A stretch of DNA of 64,000 nt from the NCBI GenBank assembly GCA_001785445.1, contig MFTV01000010.1:101566-165565 (forward strand). The letters are read 5' to 3'. Every line of letters starts with the position of its first letter. The stretch's first letter is position 1. The position numbers and the translations under genes were made by a program. Positions 18,878 to 28,429 of the stretch are shown piece after piece. This DNA is from Candidatus Nomurabacteria bacterium RIFCSPHIGHO2_02_40_30. Its GTDB lineage: Bacteria > Patescibacteriota > Minisyncoccia > Phycocordibacterales > UBA9973. The notes under the pieces were generated by a model. The model saw nothing but the letters and a program-made list of their open reading frames with translations, had not been told where the DNA came from and searched no databases.

Positions 18878-19171
18878 ATGAAAAAAGTTAACATAGATAA
18901 CCTAAGAGGCACAGAATTTCAGAAAAAGGTATGGAAAGAAATTCTTAAAATTCCCGAAGGTGAAACAATTACTTATAAAGAACTGGCGAAGCGTATTGAG
19001 AAACAAAAAGCTATCAGAGCAGTAGCTAATGCTGTGGGAGCTAATCCTGCGCTTGTACTTATCCCGTGCCACAGAGTTGTTAGGAGTGACGGTTCACTTG
19101 GTGGGTATTCAGGTAAAGGTGGAATTAAAACCAAGCTCAAACTTTTAAATAAAGAAGGGGTTGCATTTTAA
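18878..19171 (+). CDS. Methylated-DNA--protein-cysteine methyltransferase family protein (C-terminal DNA-binding/active-site domain only)
   Basis: The active-site motif IPCHRVV is preceded by the helix-turn-helix region TYKELAKRI. The N-terminal domain is absent, as in short Ogt homologs. Confidence 0.7.
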   Translation: MKKVNIDNLRGTEFQKKVWKEILKIPEGETITYKELAKRIEKQKAIRAVANAVGANPALVLIPCHRVVRSDGSLGGYSGKGGIKTKLKLLNKEGVAF

Positions 19172-19200
19172 TTTTTTGTAGAAAATGCTAGAATAAATTT

Positions 19201-19629
19201 ATGCAAAACAAAATTACAAAAGAAGATATGCGTAGCTTGGCTCCAGCTATTGTGCGAGTGGGTGTATCTGTTGTTTTTATTTGGTTCGGTTATCAGCAGC
19301 TCATTGATGCCAGCTCTTGGACAGTCTTGGTGCCCTCTTGGGTCACGTCGTTTTCTGGCACAAATGCGGTTAGTTTTATTTATTTGAATGGTATATTTGA
19401 AGTTGTTTTTGGTATATGTTTGCTCTTAGGACTATTTACCAAAACTGTGGGTTTCTTACTTGCCCTGCATATGCTCCATATAACATATTTAGTAGGATAC
19501 AATGACGTGGGGGTACGGGATTTTGGTCTATCGCTCTCAACAATAGCGGTATTTCTGCACGGGGCTGACTCTTGGTGTGTTGATAAATATTTAACGAAGG
19601 TAAACCTACCTTCTGCGCGCCATCTCTAG
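19201..19629 (+). CDS. DoxX-family membrane protein
   Basis: The ORF is 142 aa with 4 predicted TM helices and a DoxX-like N-terminus (RVGVSVVFIWFGYQQL). Confidence 0.45.
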   Translation: MQNKITKEDMRSLAPAIVRVGVSVVFIWFGYQQLIDASSWTVLVPSWVTSFSGTNAVSFIYLNGIFEVVFGICLLLGLFTKTVGFLLALHMLHITYLVGYNDVGVRDFGLSLSTIAVFLHGADSWCVDKYLTKVNLPSARHL

Positions 19630-20202
19630 ATTATGTAACGTTTTTTCTCTGACCAGTTCTCTAAAATCTAGGTCTTCCTTGTATTGAATAGGCACTAAAT
19701 TGGGGCAGTCTTTTAAACTAACGTCATTTAGAAATTTAGGTTTATCATCAAAAAAAACTACTTGCTCATCTTTATGGCTCGCGCATATCATAGAAATTAT
19801 TTCGTTTTTGCTTTCTGTAACCACATATGTTTGAGAAAAATATATGGACACCCCGCTCCTGTCCAGTTTGTCTTGTTGAAATTCTTTTCCACCATAAGTT
19901 ACTAAATAGCAATTATTTTTTCCCAATCTTTCTATCTCATCCAGTAATTCATTATTTATAAAGTTCGGGCATTCAGACATTATCTCTTCGTAAATATCTT
20001 CCATCTTTTTATCTATCTTTCCGCGCTTAAGCAAAGTAGAGATGAAGTTTTTTAACGAAAACTCCTTTTCACGAACTTCTGTGTAATATGTTTCCGCCAC
20101 AGTACGAGAGATACCAGCTTTTTCTAAACACTTATATATGTGCTCTTTAAACTGCTTGGTATTATTGAACAACACGTCATCAAAGTCAAAAATGTATTTC
20201 AT
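19606..20202 (-). CDS. HAD-superfamily hydrolase
   Basis: The N-terminal DxD motif is MKYIFDFDDVLFNNT. A C-terminal VVFFDDKP is motif-IV-like. Confidence 0.5.
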   Translation of the reverse strand: MKYIFDFDDVLFNNTKQFKEHIYKCLEKAGISRTVAETYYTEVREKEFSLKNFISTLLKRGKIDKKMEDIYEEIMSECPNFINNELLDEIERLGKNNCYLVTYGGKEFQQDKLDRSGVSIYFSQTYVVTESKNEIISMICASHKDEQVVFFDDKPKFLNDVSLKDCPNLVPIQYKEDLDFRELVREKTLHNLEMARRR

Positions 20203-20203
20203 A

Positions 20204-21058
20204 TTATTTTTTATTTATTATTTTACTAATAGCTTGTGCCAACTTGGACGAATCATGACGAATAAGACTTCTTTTCATTATATCTCCAGATATTGGTATT
20301 ATAGTTTCTTTAGATCTAAGGGGGGCTTCACCTTTAATTAAATTGTCTACTGGTCTTCCTAGATAAAATTCCAGTTTATCCAAATAGGTATTTGTATCTT
20401 CTCCTTTTAAATTTTCTATAGCGATAACTTTCCCTCGACTTTTTAATAAAGATTCTTTAAATCCTTCTACGATTAGATTAGGTACAATGGAACCATAAAA
20501 ATTTCCAGGACAAATTACTATATAATCTGCTTCCTGAATTGCCTTTGCAGCTTTTGGATTTAGTTGCACTTTATTCCTATAAAAAATTTTCCTCACATCT
20601 ACAATTTTCAAATCACTGGTACTGATTTTACTTTCACCCTCTATTTTTTGACCGTTGGTAAGTAGAACACCCAATTGTGCATCATCTAAAGTAACAGGGA
20701 TAATAGTACCTTTTGGTTTTAGAAATTTCGTAGCTATTTCTAAGGCTTCCTCAAAATTTCCTGTTAACTTTTCCAGACCAGCTATAAACCAATTTCCAAT
20801 CATGTGACCATCTGTATTTCTATGTTTTAAAAACTCATACATTTCTGTATTAAGAGTAAGAGCGGAGAAACATTGCCTAATATCTCCCATTGGATGAACT
20901 CCAAATTTCTCTCGTAGAATACCAGTAGAACCACCATCATCTGCCATAGATGCAACTGCGAAAATAGAAATATTTGTAATGTTTTTTAATCCAGATAGTA
21001 GCCTGTAGCTACCTGTACCGCCACCTATAGTAACGATATTTTTAACTTTAGATTGCAT
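20204..21058 (-). CDS. YvcK/CofD-like gluconeogenesis factor family protein (UPF0052)
   Basis: IVTIGGGTGSYRLLSGL ... VASMADDGGSTGILR ... PMGDIRQC is the canonical YvcK N-terminal signature. Confidence 0.75.
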   Translation of the reverse strand: MQSKVKNIVTIGGGTGSYRLLSGLKNITNISIFAVASMADDGGSTGILREKFGVHPMGDIRQCFSALTLNTEMYEFLKHRNTDGHMIGNWFIAGLEKLTGNFEEALEIATKFLKPKGTIIPVTLDDAQLGVLLTNGQKIEGESKISTSDLKIVDVRKIFYRNKVQLNPKAAKAIQEADYIVICPGNFYGSIVPNLIVEGFKESLLKSRGKVIAIENLKGEDTNTYLDKLEFYLGRPVDNLIKGEAPLRSKETIIPISGDIMKRSLIRHDSSKLAQAISKIINKK

Positions 21059-21104
21059 TTGTAGATATTAGCCTAAATTGCTAATTTTTGCTATTGTAAT
21101 TCGT

Positions 21105-22949
21105 ATGTGTGGCATCGTTGGATACATTGGCAAAAAACAGGCCTACCCGGTTCTAATCAAAGGATTGGAACGGCTGGAGTACCGTGGCTATGACTCTGCG
21201 GGAGTAGCACTTTTAGAGAATGGTGCTTTTTCGGTATACAAGAAAAAGGGTAAAGTAGCAGAATTGTCGAAATTTGTAAAAAATAAAAATATCAAGAATT
21301 TTTCCGGTGGAGTTGGCATAGCGCATACTCGCTGGGCAACTCATGGCATTCCATCAGACAGAAACGCTCATCCACACTTATCTAATAATGGGGACATTGT
21401 TATAGTGCACAATGGAATAATCGAAAATTATCTTTCGATAAAAAAAGTTCTATTAAAAAAGAATTATAAATTTAAATCTGATACGGATACCGAAGTTTTA
21501 GCAAACTTAATCGAAGATATAAAAAATAATGCGAAGGTAAGTATTGATGAGGCGGTACGTCTAGCACTTTTACAGGTGACCGGAGCTTACGCGATTTTAG
21601 TATTGTCGAAAGATGAACCGAACACGATGGTAGTGGCAAAAATAGGTTCTCCTGCCGTGGTAGGAATAGGCAAAGGGGAGTTTTTCGTAGCTTCTGACGC
21701 CACGCCAATTGTTGAACATACGAAAAAAGTGGTGTATTTGGAAGATAGGGAAATAGCTATAATAAAAAACGGCAAACTTAGAATAAAAACCATAGATAAT
21801 AAAATAAAAAATCTTTATGTCCAGAAACTTGAAACAAAAATCGAAGAACTGGAAAAGAACGGTTTCCCTCATTTTATGCTCAAGGAGATATTTGAACAGC
21901 CGGAATCACTGCGCAACACAATGCGAGGAAGAATTCTGGTGGATAAAGGTGGCATTAAATTTGGCGGATTGGAGAAATTTGGAAAAGAGCTTCGCTCACT
22001 GAAAAGTCTCACTATCACAGCTATGGGCACCGCACGTTTTACCGGTCTTGTCGGTGAATACGCATTTGAAGAACTAGCAAAAATCCCTACAAAGGTTGAA
22101 TACAGCTCTGAATTTGCTTACCGTGATGCGTCGGTTGACATAAACACGGGGTTTATTGCAATTTCACAATCCGGAGAGACTGCCGATACTTTAAATGCCG
22201 TTAAGGAAGCTAAAAGAAAAAATATGTTGACTTTGGGTGTAGTAAACGTCATCGGTTCAAGTATTGCTAGAGCCGTAGACGCTGGTATTTACAACCATGC
22301 AGGGCCGGAAACAGCTGTAGCAAGTACTAAAGCTTCGACTTCGCAAGTGCTTATTCTCATCATGCTTGCCGTTTATCTAGGGAGAATGCGTGATTTATCA
22401 AAGGCTAAAGCTCAAGAGATCTTAAAAGAAATGCAAAGACTTCCGAATTTAGCAGAAAAAATTCTAAAAAATGCCAATGAAATAAAAAAACTTGCGAAAA
22501 AATACAGCAAAAATAATAATTTCTTTTTCCTTGGTCGCAAATATAATGCCGGAGCTGCCATGGAAGGGGCATTAAAGCTCAAAGAATGTTCTTACATTCA
22601 TGCCGAAGGAATAAATGCCACCGAGCTCAAACACGGACCGCTTTCACTGATTGATAAAAATTTCCCATCACTTGTTATAGCACCGAATGACAGTATGTAT
22701 GAAAAAAGCAAAACTGGAATTCAAGAAATAAAAGCTCGCGGCGGGCGTGTGATAGCCGTCGCCACTGAAGGCAACAGGGAGATTAAAACAATCGCTGATG
22801 ATGTAATTTATATTCCAAAAACTCTTGAGATTCTGACTCCGATTCTGGCTTTTATTCCAATGCAACTCTTTGCCTACTATATAGCGGTTGAACGTGGTAA
22901 TGATGTCGATAAGCCAAGGAATTTGGCAAAGTCTGTAACAGTGGAATAA
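21105..22949 (+). CDS. glmS: Glutamine--fructose-6-phosphate aminotransferase
   Basis: The Ntn amidotransferase start is MCGIVGYIG, with Cys as residue 2. Two SIS domains and a C-terminal ...ERGNDVDKPRNLAKSVTVE are present. Start is placed at 21105 rather than the track start. Confidence 0.9.
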   Translation: MCGIVGYIGKKQAYPVLIKGLERLEYRGYDSAGVALLENGAFSVYKKKGKVAELSKFVKNKNIKNFSGGVGIAHTRWATHGIPSDRNAHPHLSNNGDIVIVHNGIIENYLSIKKVLLKKNYKFKSDTDTEVLANLIEDIKNNAKVSIDEAVRLALLQVTGAYAILVLSKDEPNTMVVAKIGSPAVVGIGKGEFFVASDATPIVEHTKKVVYLEDREIAIIKNGKLRIKTIDNKIKNLYVQKLETKIEELEKNGFPHFMLKEIFEQPESLRNTMRGRILVDKGGIKFGGLEKFGKELRSLKSLTITAMGTARFTGLVGEYAFEELAKIPTKVEYSSEFAYRDASVDINTGFIAISQSGETADTLNAVKEAKRKNMLTLGVVNVIGSSIARAVDAGIYNHAGPETAVASTKASTSQVLILIMLAVYLGRMRDLSKAKAQEILKEMQRLPNLAEKILKNANEIKKLAKKYSKNNNFFFLGRKYNAGAAMEGALKLKECSYIHAEGINATELKHGPLSLIDKNFPSLVIAPNDSMYEKSKTGIQEIKARGGRVIAVATEGNREIKTIADDVIYIPKTLEILTPILAFIPMQLFAYYIAVERGNDVDKPRNLAKSVTVE

Positions 22950-22959
22950 AATATAATAT

Positions 22960-23295
22960 ATGAACATAACCTCAAAAAAAGAGAATAAGGCGTATGCAAT
23001 AAAAATTGTGGCAGAAGAAAACGGTAATATTTTAGGTGGAGCCTATTTATATATTATGTTTAATGATTTACACACCAAGCCGTTTGGGTTTTTAGAGAAT
23101 GTTTTTGTTAAAGAGGAGTATCGTGGAGGAGGCATCGGTTCTAAATTAGTTGAGGCTGTGATAGAAGAAGCAAAAAAGCAAGGTTGCTACAAAATAATTG
23201 GTACAAGTCGTAATACTAACTCTAAAGTTCATGATTTCTATAAAAAACTAAACTTTAAGGATTATGGTAAAGAATACAGAATAGATTTAATTTGA
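22960..23295 (+). CDS. GNAT-family N-acetyltransferase
   Basis: Acetyl-CoA-binding motif A is VKEEYRGGGIGSKLVE. Confidence 0.65.
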   Translation: MNITSKKENKAYAIKIVAEENGNILGGAYLYIMFNDLHTKPFGFLENVFVKEEYRGGGIGSKLVEAVIEEAKKQGCYKIIGTSRNTNSKVHDFYKKLNFKDYGKEYRIDLI

Positions 23296-23309
23296 TATAA
23301 TGCAAACAT

Positions 23310-24254
23310 ATGGAAAAGATTTTAGTAATTGGCGCATGCGGGCAAATAGGAGTGGAGCTGACTTTGGCTCTGCGAGAAAAATACGGCAATGAAAATGTGA
23401 TAGCCTCTGATATTCGGGAAGAAAGTGAAATTCTTAAGGGTACAGGCCCTTTCGTCGTCCTTGACGCCATGGACCACGAAGCGACTAGAGCCTTGGTAAA
23501 AAAAGAGAGTATAACTACCATTTACTTGCTGGCGGCTCTTCTCTCTGTGACTGGTGAAAAAAATCCTGCTTTATGTTGGGGTTTAAATATGGGAGCCTTG
23601 AGGCAAATTCTTGACTTAGGTATAGAAGAAAAATTAAAAATATTTTGGCCTAGCTCTATTGCTGTTTTTGGAGCAACTACTCCACAGGATAACACTCCCC
23701 AAAAAACAATTATTGAACCAACAACTATGTATGGCATCACTAAATACGCCGGAGAACTTTTATGTCAATACTACAATAAACGCCTTGGGCTTGATGTGAG
23801 GAGTGTGCGCTACCCGGGGCTAATCAGTTGGAAAACCGAGCCGGGAGGAGGAACTACTGACTACGCTGTAGAAATATTTTATGGAGCTCTCAAGGAGGGC
23901 AAGTATACTAGTTTTCTTTCAGAAAATACCTACTTGCCAATGATGTACATGGACGATGCTATTGCTGCCACACTTCAAATAATGGAAGTATCCAAAGAAA
24001 AAATAAAAATAGCGATGGCTTACAACTTGTCGGCTATAAGTTTTTCACCAAAAGAAATTGCCGAAGCTATAAAAAAACAAATTCCCAATTTTGAGATAAG
24101 CTATGCTCCAGATTCTCGCCAAGCTATTGCTGATTCTTGGCCACAAAGCATTGATGACAGCTCTGCGCGCGCAGATTGGGGCTGGAAACATGAATACGAT
24201 TTATCAAAGATGGTAGACACAATGCTAAAGAATTTAAAAGAAAAGTTAAAATAG
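23310..24254 (+). CDS. tdh: NAD-dependent epimerase/dehydratase-fold L-threonine 3-dehydrogenase (GalE-like TDH)
   Basis: A Rossmann ILVIGACGQIGVEL and a YxxxK are present. The gene sits immediately upstream of kbl, the conserved tdh-kbl arrangement. Confidence 0.6.
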   Translation: MEKILVIGACGQIGVELTLALREKYGNENVIASDIREESEILKGTGPFVVLDAMDHEATRALVKKESITTIYLLAALLSVTGEKNPALCWGLNMGALRQILDLGIEEKLKIFWPSSIAVFGATTPQDNTPQKTIIEPTTMYGITKYAGELLCQYYNKRLGLDVRSVRYPGLISWKTEPGGGTTDYAVEIFYGALKEGKYTSFLSENTYLPMMYMDDAIAATLQIMEVSKEKIKIAMAYNLSAISFSPKEIAEAIKKQIPNFEISYAPDSRQAIADSWPQSIDDSSARADWGWKHEYDLSKMVDTMLKNLKEKLK

Positions 24255-24257
24255 TTT

Positions 24258-25484
24258 ATGTATTCTAAAAAACTGGTTGAAAATATAGAAAATGAATTGG
24301 AGGCTTTGAAAGGAGCTGGGAAGTTCAAGGTAGAAAGAGAACTTGAAGGAGCGCAAGGTGCAGAAGTAAATATTGCTGGTAAGAAGGTTTTAATGTTCGC
24401 CTCAAATAATTATTTGGGTTTAGCGAATCATCCAGAAATTATAAAAGCCAGCAAGGAAGCTGTGGACAAATACGGCTTTGGTCTTTCTTCGGTTAGATTT
24501 ATCGCTGGCACAGAAACAATACACAAGACTTTGGAAAAAAAGTTAGCAGAATTTTTAGGTACAGAAGATGCCATTCTTTACTCTACGAACTTTATGGCCA
24601 ATTTAGGATTTTTTGCCACCATGACCAATGAAGCTTTCGGTGACGAGACGAGCCATCTAGATGCAATCTATAGTGACGAACTGAATCATGCCAGCATCAT
24701 TGACGCTTTCAAGCTTTGTAAAAAAGAAAATGTAGTAAAGAGAATTTATCCGCACGGTGATATTCCAACGCTCGAGCAAATGCTAGAAGAAGACAAGAGC
24801 AAGAATTACAGATTTAAAATAATCGTAACTGACGGAGTTTTCTCAATGGAAGGGTATTTAGCGAATTTACCGGAAATAAAAAAGCTTGCAGAAAAATATG
24901 AGGCACTGCTTTTCGTAGATGATGCTCATGCAGTAGGAGTACTTGGCAAAACTGGGGCTGGCACACCGGAGTATTACGATTTGCATGGCAAAATTGATAT
25001 TCTGTCAGGAACTTTCGGCAAAGCGCTCGGCGGAGCAATTGGCGGATATATTGCCGGTAAGGCTGAAATAGTAGAACTACTTCGCCAGAAATCTCGTACT
25101 TATCTTTTCTCAAACTCTTTACCTCCTTCTGTAGTCATGGCATCAATTAAAGCGTTAGACTTATTAAAAGAAGAGCTGGAACTTTTAAATAAAGTTATAG
25201 AAAATTCAGAATACTTTAGAGAGGAAGTAAAAAAGTTAGGCTTCAATGTTTTGGAAGGCAACCACCCTATAGTCCCTGTGATGCTAAGTGACGCAGGGCT
25301 GACACAGAAAGTGAGTAGAAAGTTATTAGATAATGGACTTTATGTGGTGGGGCTTTGGTTTCCAGTTGTGCCGGAAGGTGCCGCCCGACTACGCTTTCAA
25401 ATCTCTGCTGCGCACACAAAAGGACAAATCGACCAAGCCATAGAGATAATGCGAGAGGTTGGCAAAGAAATGAAAATAATATAA
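24258..25484 (+). CDS. kbl: 2-amino-3-ketobutyrate CoA ligase (glycine C-acetyltransferase)
   Basis: This is an alpha-oxoamine synthase family member with a PLP-lysine region SGTFGKALGGAIGGYIAG. It pairs with tdh. Confidence 0.75.
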   Translation: MYSKKLVENIENELEALKGAGKFKVERELEGAQGAEVNIAGKKVLMFASNNYLGLANHPEIIKASKEAVDKYGFGLSSVRFIAGTETIHKTLEKKLAEFLGTEDAILYSTNFMANLGFFATMTNEAFGDETSHLDAIYSDELNHASIIDAFKLCKKENVVKRIYPHGDIPTLEQMLEEDKSKNYRFKIIVTDGVFSMEGYLANLPEIKKLAEKYEALLFVDDAHAVGVLGKTGAGTPEYYDLHGKIDILSGTFGKALGGAIGGYIAGKAEIVELLRQKSRTYLFSNSLPPSVVMASIKALDLLKEELELLNKVIENSEYFREEVKKLGFNVLEGNHPIVPVMLSDAGLTQKVSRKLLDNGLYVVGLWFPVVPEGAARLRFQISAAHTKGQIDQAIEIMREVGKEMKII

Positions 25485-25495
25485 AGTGTATTTAT

Positions 25496-28429
25496 ATGAT
25501 TTCACGGATATATGTAATGCCTAAAGATAAGGGTACACGGGCAGATTCTTACCTTATTGACTCTAAATTGTCCTTAAAAGAACTCACGAAGCTGGCTAAT
25601 GCCCTTACGAATCCGATTCTAGAAAAATATTATATAAATGAACCCCTGAAAGTGGGGAATTTTTCTTATGCGATTGAAATAGGTTATAAACCGGGAGTAA
25701 CGGATAACGTAAGTCACACTGTTAAAGAAATTGCTACAGATTTACTTAACTTGAAAAAGCACACGGACTTTCAAGTATATACTTCCAAGATTCTTTTCAC
25801 TTCCGGCAATAAAGAAAGGACAGAAAAATTTGCTCTTGAATTGTATAATCCGCTTATTGAGCGAGCCAATATAGCGCAGATTAAAAACGGAAAAATAAAT
25901 TTTCCCAATAAAGCTCCAAAGGTAATTCTTGAAAAAAGAAAACTGGTTGTAAAAGTTCCGCTTAATGTTTCCGATGAAGAACTTATAAAGATAGGAACTT
26001 TGGGAATCAAAGAAGGGAATATTCGGCGCGGGCCGCTGGCGCTCGACTTAGCTTCAATGCACGCCATAAAAGAATACTTTGCCAAACTAAAAAGAACACC
26101 AACGGACATTGAGCTTGAAGCTTTGGCGCAGACATGGTCGGAACACTGCAAGCACACTATTTTTGCGAATCAGATAGATGATATACAAGAAGGGCTATAC
26201 AAGACTTATATAAAAGGAGCGACAAATCTTATCCGTAAACAAAAAAGAGAGAGAGGTCAGCAGGATTTTTGCGTTTCTGTTTTTTCTGATAATTCCGGTG
26301 GAATAATTTTTGACAAAGATTTCTTAATAACCCACAAAGTTGAAACACACAACTCTCCTTCTTTCTTAGATCCGTTTGGAGGAGCTATTACCGGCATTGT
26401 GGGAGTGAATCGCGACACGATAGGCTTCGGGCTGGGGGCTAAGCCAGTGGCTAATACTTACGGATTTTGTTTTGGCGAACCGGACGAAAAAAGGCATCTA
26501 TATTTAGATAAAGAACAAAAGCAAAAAATGCTCCTGCCAAAACGAATCATGGATGGTGTGATAAAAGGCATAAACGTTGGGGGGAACTGCTCTGGTATTC
26601 CGACTATTTCCGGATTTGTAAAATTTGACGAAAGATACAGAGGTAGGCCACTTGTGTTCGCCGGAACAGTAGGATTGATACCGAAAAAAATTGGAGCAAG
26701 ACTTTCTCATGAAAAAAAGGCAAAACCTAGGGACTGTGTCGTAATCATTGGGGGTAGAACAGGAGCAGATGGTATCCATGGAGCCACATTTTCTTCTGTT
26801 GCCACAGATTTTAATTCACCGGCCACGGCAGTGCAAATTGGTGACCCGATAACCCAGAAAAAGTTAAGTGATGCAATAATAAAAGAAGCCCGAGATATGA
26901 ATTTATATAACAGCATCACGGACATCGGTGGCGGTGGAATGTCTTCTTCGGTAGCAGAAATGGCTAAAGAGTCCGGCGGGGTTAAAGTTGATTTGGAAAA
27001 AGTTCCGCTAAAATATCCGGGGCTTCGGCCGTGGGAAATATGGATTTCAGAATCACAGGAACGCATGACTCTCGCTGTGCCGAAGAATAAAATAAAAAAA
27101 CTTTTCAAACTTTTGGAAAGTCGTGAAGTGGAAGCTACGGTAGTGGGAGAATTTACCAATTCCGGCAAGTGTGTGCTCTATTACAAAGGTAAAAAAATAA
27201 TGGACATGGACATGGAGTTCTTACATAACGGACTACCAAAGCATCATTTAAGAACCTCACCCCCGCCCGCGTTAGCAGACCTCCCCCTCTCCTTGGCAAG
27301 GAGAGGGGCTAGAGGTGAGGTATACACAAAAGATCTTGAGAATTTACTTGGAAGTAAAAATCTAAATGGATTTTCTTTCATCTCCGAACAATATGACCAC
27401 GAAGTGCAGGGATCATCTGTGCTAAAACCTCTTTCGGGTCCGGGACGTATCAACACTGACGCCCAAGTTTTCCGTCCAGTTTTAAATTCAAACAAAGGAG
27501 TTGTATTGTCATCTGCACTTTATCCTTCGTATGGAGACATCAGCACCTACGACATGGCTGCTTGTGCGCTTGACACTACTGTTCGAAACGCAGTTGCTTC
27601 TGGCGGCACTCTTTCTCACCTCGCTATATTAGACAACTTCTGTTGGTGCTCTTCGTATGACAAAACACGGCTATATCAGCTCGTAGAAGCTGTAAAAGCC
27701 TGTTATGACTACGCTGTGGGCTATGGCACCCCATTTATTTCTGGCAAGGACAGTATGTTTAATGATTTTAAGGGTTATGACGAGAAGGGTAATCCTGTGG
27801 CCATTTCTATCCCTCCGACGCTTCTAATATCTGCCATAGGGGTAGTGTCGGACTTTTATAAAGTTGTTTCGCCGGAATTCAAAAATGCGGGAGATATAAT
27901 ATATTTGCTAGGAGAAACTCATGATGAACTTGGAGCAAGTGAATACTATAAGATGCTTGGAGAAATTGAAAATAACCCCGCACCAGAGCAAGCTCGGTAC
28001 GGGGCAAGTGTTCCGAAAGTTAACTTAGAAAAAAATCTAAAAACATATCTGGCGCTGGAAAAAGCGATTCAAAAAGAATTGTTGAATTCTTCTCTTTCTG
28101 TAACTTCCGGAGGCTTCGGAATTGCATTGGCAAAAGCCTGTGTTGGCGGAATGCTCGGATGTAAAATAAATGTAGAAAGCATGTCTGCGGGCTCAAATTC
28201 GGCCATGGTGAAGCTTTTCTCTGAAAGCCAAGGGAGGGTATTGGTATCCGTACCTCCTAAAAATACAAGGGAATTTGAAAAAATATTTAAGGATATATCG
28301 AATGCCAGGCTCGGAACAGTTTCCAAAGACAACAAATTTATAATAACAGAAGATAATAAAAAAATAGTGGATTCGTCCGTAAAAAAGCTGTACGACATTT
28401 ATCATAAGTTTTCCAATTCAATGCAATGA
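25496..28429 (+). CDS. purL: Phosphoribosylformylglycinamidine synthase, large-type PurL lacking the glutaminase domain (N-domain + linker + FGAM synthetase)
   Basis: The linker/synthetase segments match large PurL: DIELEALAQTWSEHCKHTIF and ETHNSPSFLDPFGGAITGIVGVNRD. The protein is 977 aa and ends where the glutaminase domain would begin. Start is placed at 25496 (MISRIYV) after the kbl stop. Confidence 0.85.
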   Translation: MISRIYVMPKDKGTRADSYLIDSKLSLKELTKLANALTNPILEKYYINEPLKVGNFSYAIEIGYKPGVTDNVSHTVKEIATDLLNLKKHTDFQVYTSKILFTSGNKERTEKFALELYNPLIERANIAQIKNGKINFPNKAPKVILEKRKLVVKVPLNVSDEELIKIGTLGIKEGNIRRGPLALDLASMHAIKEYFAKLKRTPTDIELEALAQTWSEHCKHTIFANQIDDIQEGLYKTYIKGATNLIRKQKRERGQQDFCVSVFSDNSGGIIFDKDFLITHKVETHNSPSFLDPFGGAITGIVGVNRDTIGFGLGAKPVANTYGFCFGEPDEKRHLYLDKEQKQKMLLPKRIMDGVIKGINVGGNCSGIPTISGFVKFDERYRGRPLVFAGTVGLIPKKIGARLSHEKKAKPRDCVVIIGGRTGADGIHGATFSSVATDFNSPATAVQIGDPITQKKLSDAIIKEARDMNLYNSITDIGGGGMSSSVAEMAKESGGVKVDLEKVPLKYPGLRPWEIWISESQERMTLAVPKNKIKKLFKLLESREVEATVVGEFTNSGKCVLYYKGKKIMDMDMEFLHNGLPKHHLRTSPPPALADLPLSLARRGARGEVYTKDLENLLGSKNLNGFSFISEQYDHEVQGSSVLKPLSGPGRINTDAQVFRPVLNSNKGVVLSSALYPSYGDISTYDMAACALDTTVRNAVASGGTLSHLAILDNFCWCSSYDKTRLYQLVEAVKACYDYAVGYGTPFISGKDSMFNDFKGYDEKGNPVAISIPPTLLISAIGVVSDFYKVVSPEFKNAGDIIYLLGETHDELGASEYYKMLGEIENNPAPEQARYGASVPKVNLEKNLKTYLALEKAIQKELLNSSLSVTSGGFGIALAKACVGGMLGCKINVESMSAGSNSAMVKLFSESQGRVLVSVPPKNTREFEKIFKDISNARLGTVSKDNKFIITEDNKKIVDSSVKKLYDIYHKFSNSMQ
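27253..27320. repeat. GC-rich compound palindromic element inserted in-frame within purL
   Basis: Outer inverted repeats are ACCTCACC (27253-27260) and GGTGAGGT (27313-27320). An inner perfect palindrome CCCCTCTCCTTG-G-CAAGGAGAGGGG lies at 27283-27307. The stretch is ~75% GC in a ~38% GC gene and encodes PPPALADLPLSLARRGARGE. Confidence 0.6.

Noticed and set aside
21059-21104. glmS ribozyme upstream of glmS
   Set aside because: The leader is only ~46 nt and AT-rich. That is far too short for the ~170-nt glmS ribozyme.
25355-25495. N-terminal 47 codons of the 1024-aa purL track ORF
   Set aside because: They overlap the 3' end of kbl in another frame. PurL homology starts at MISRIYV (25496).
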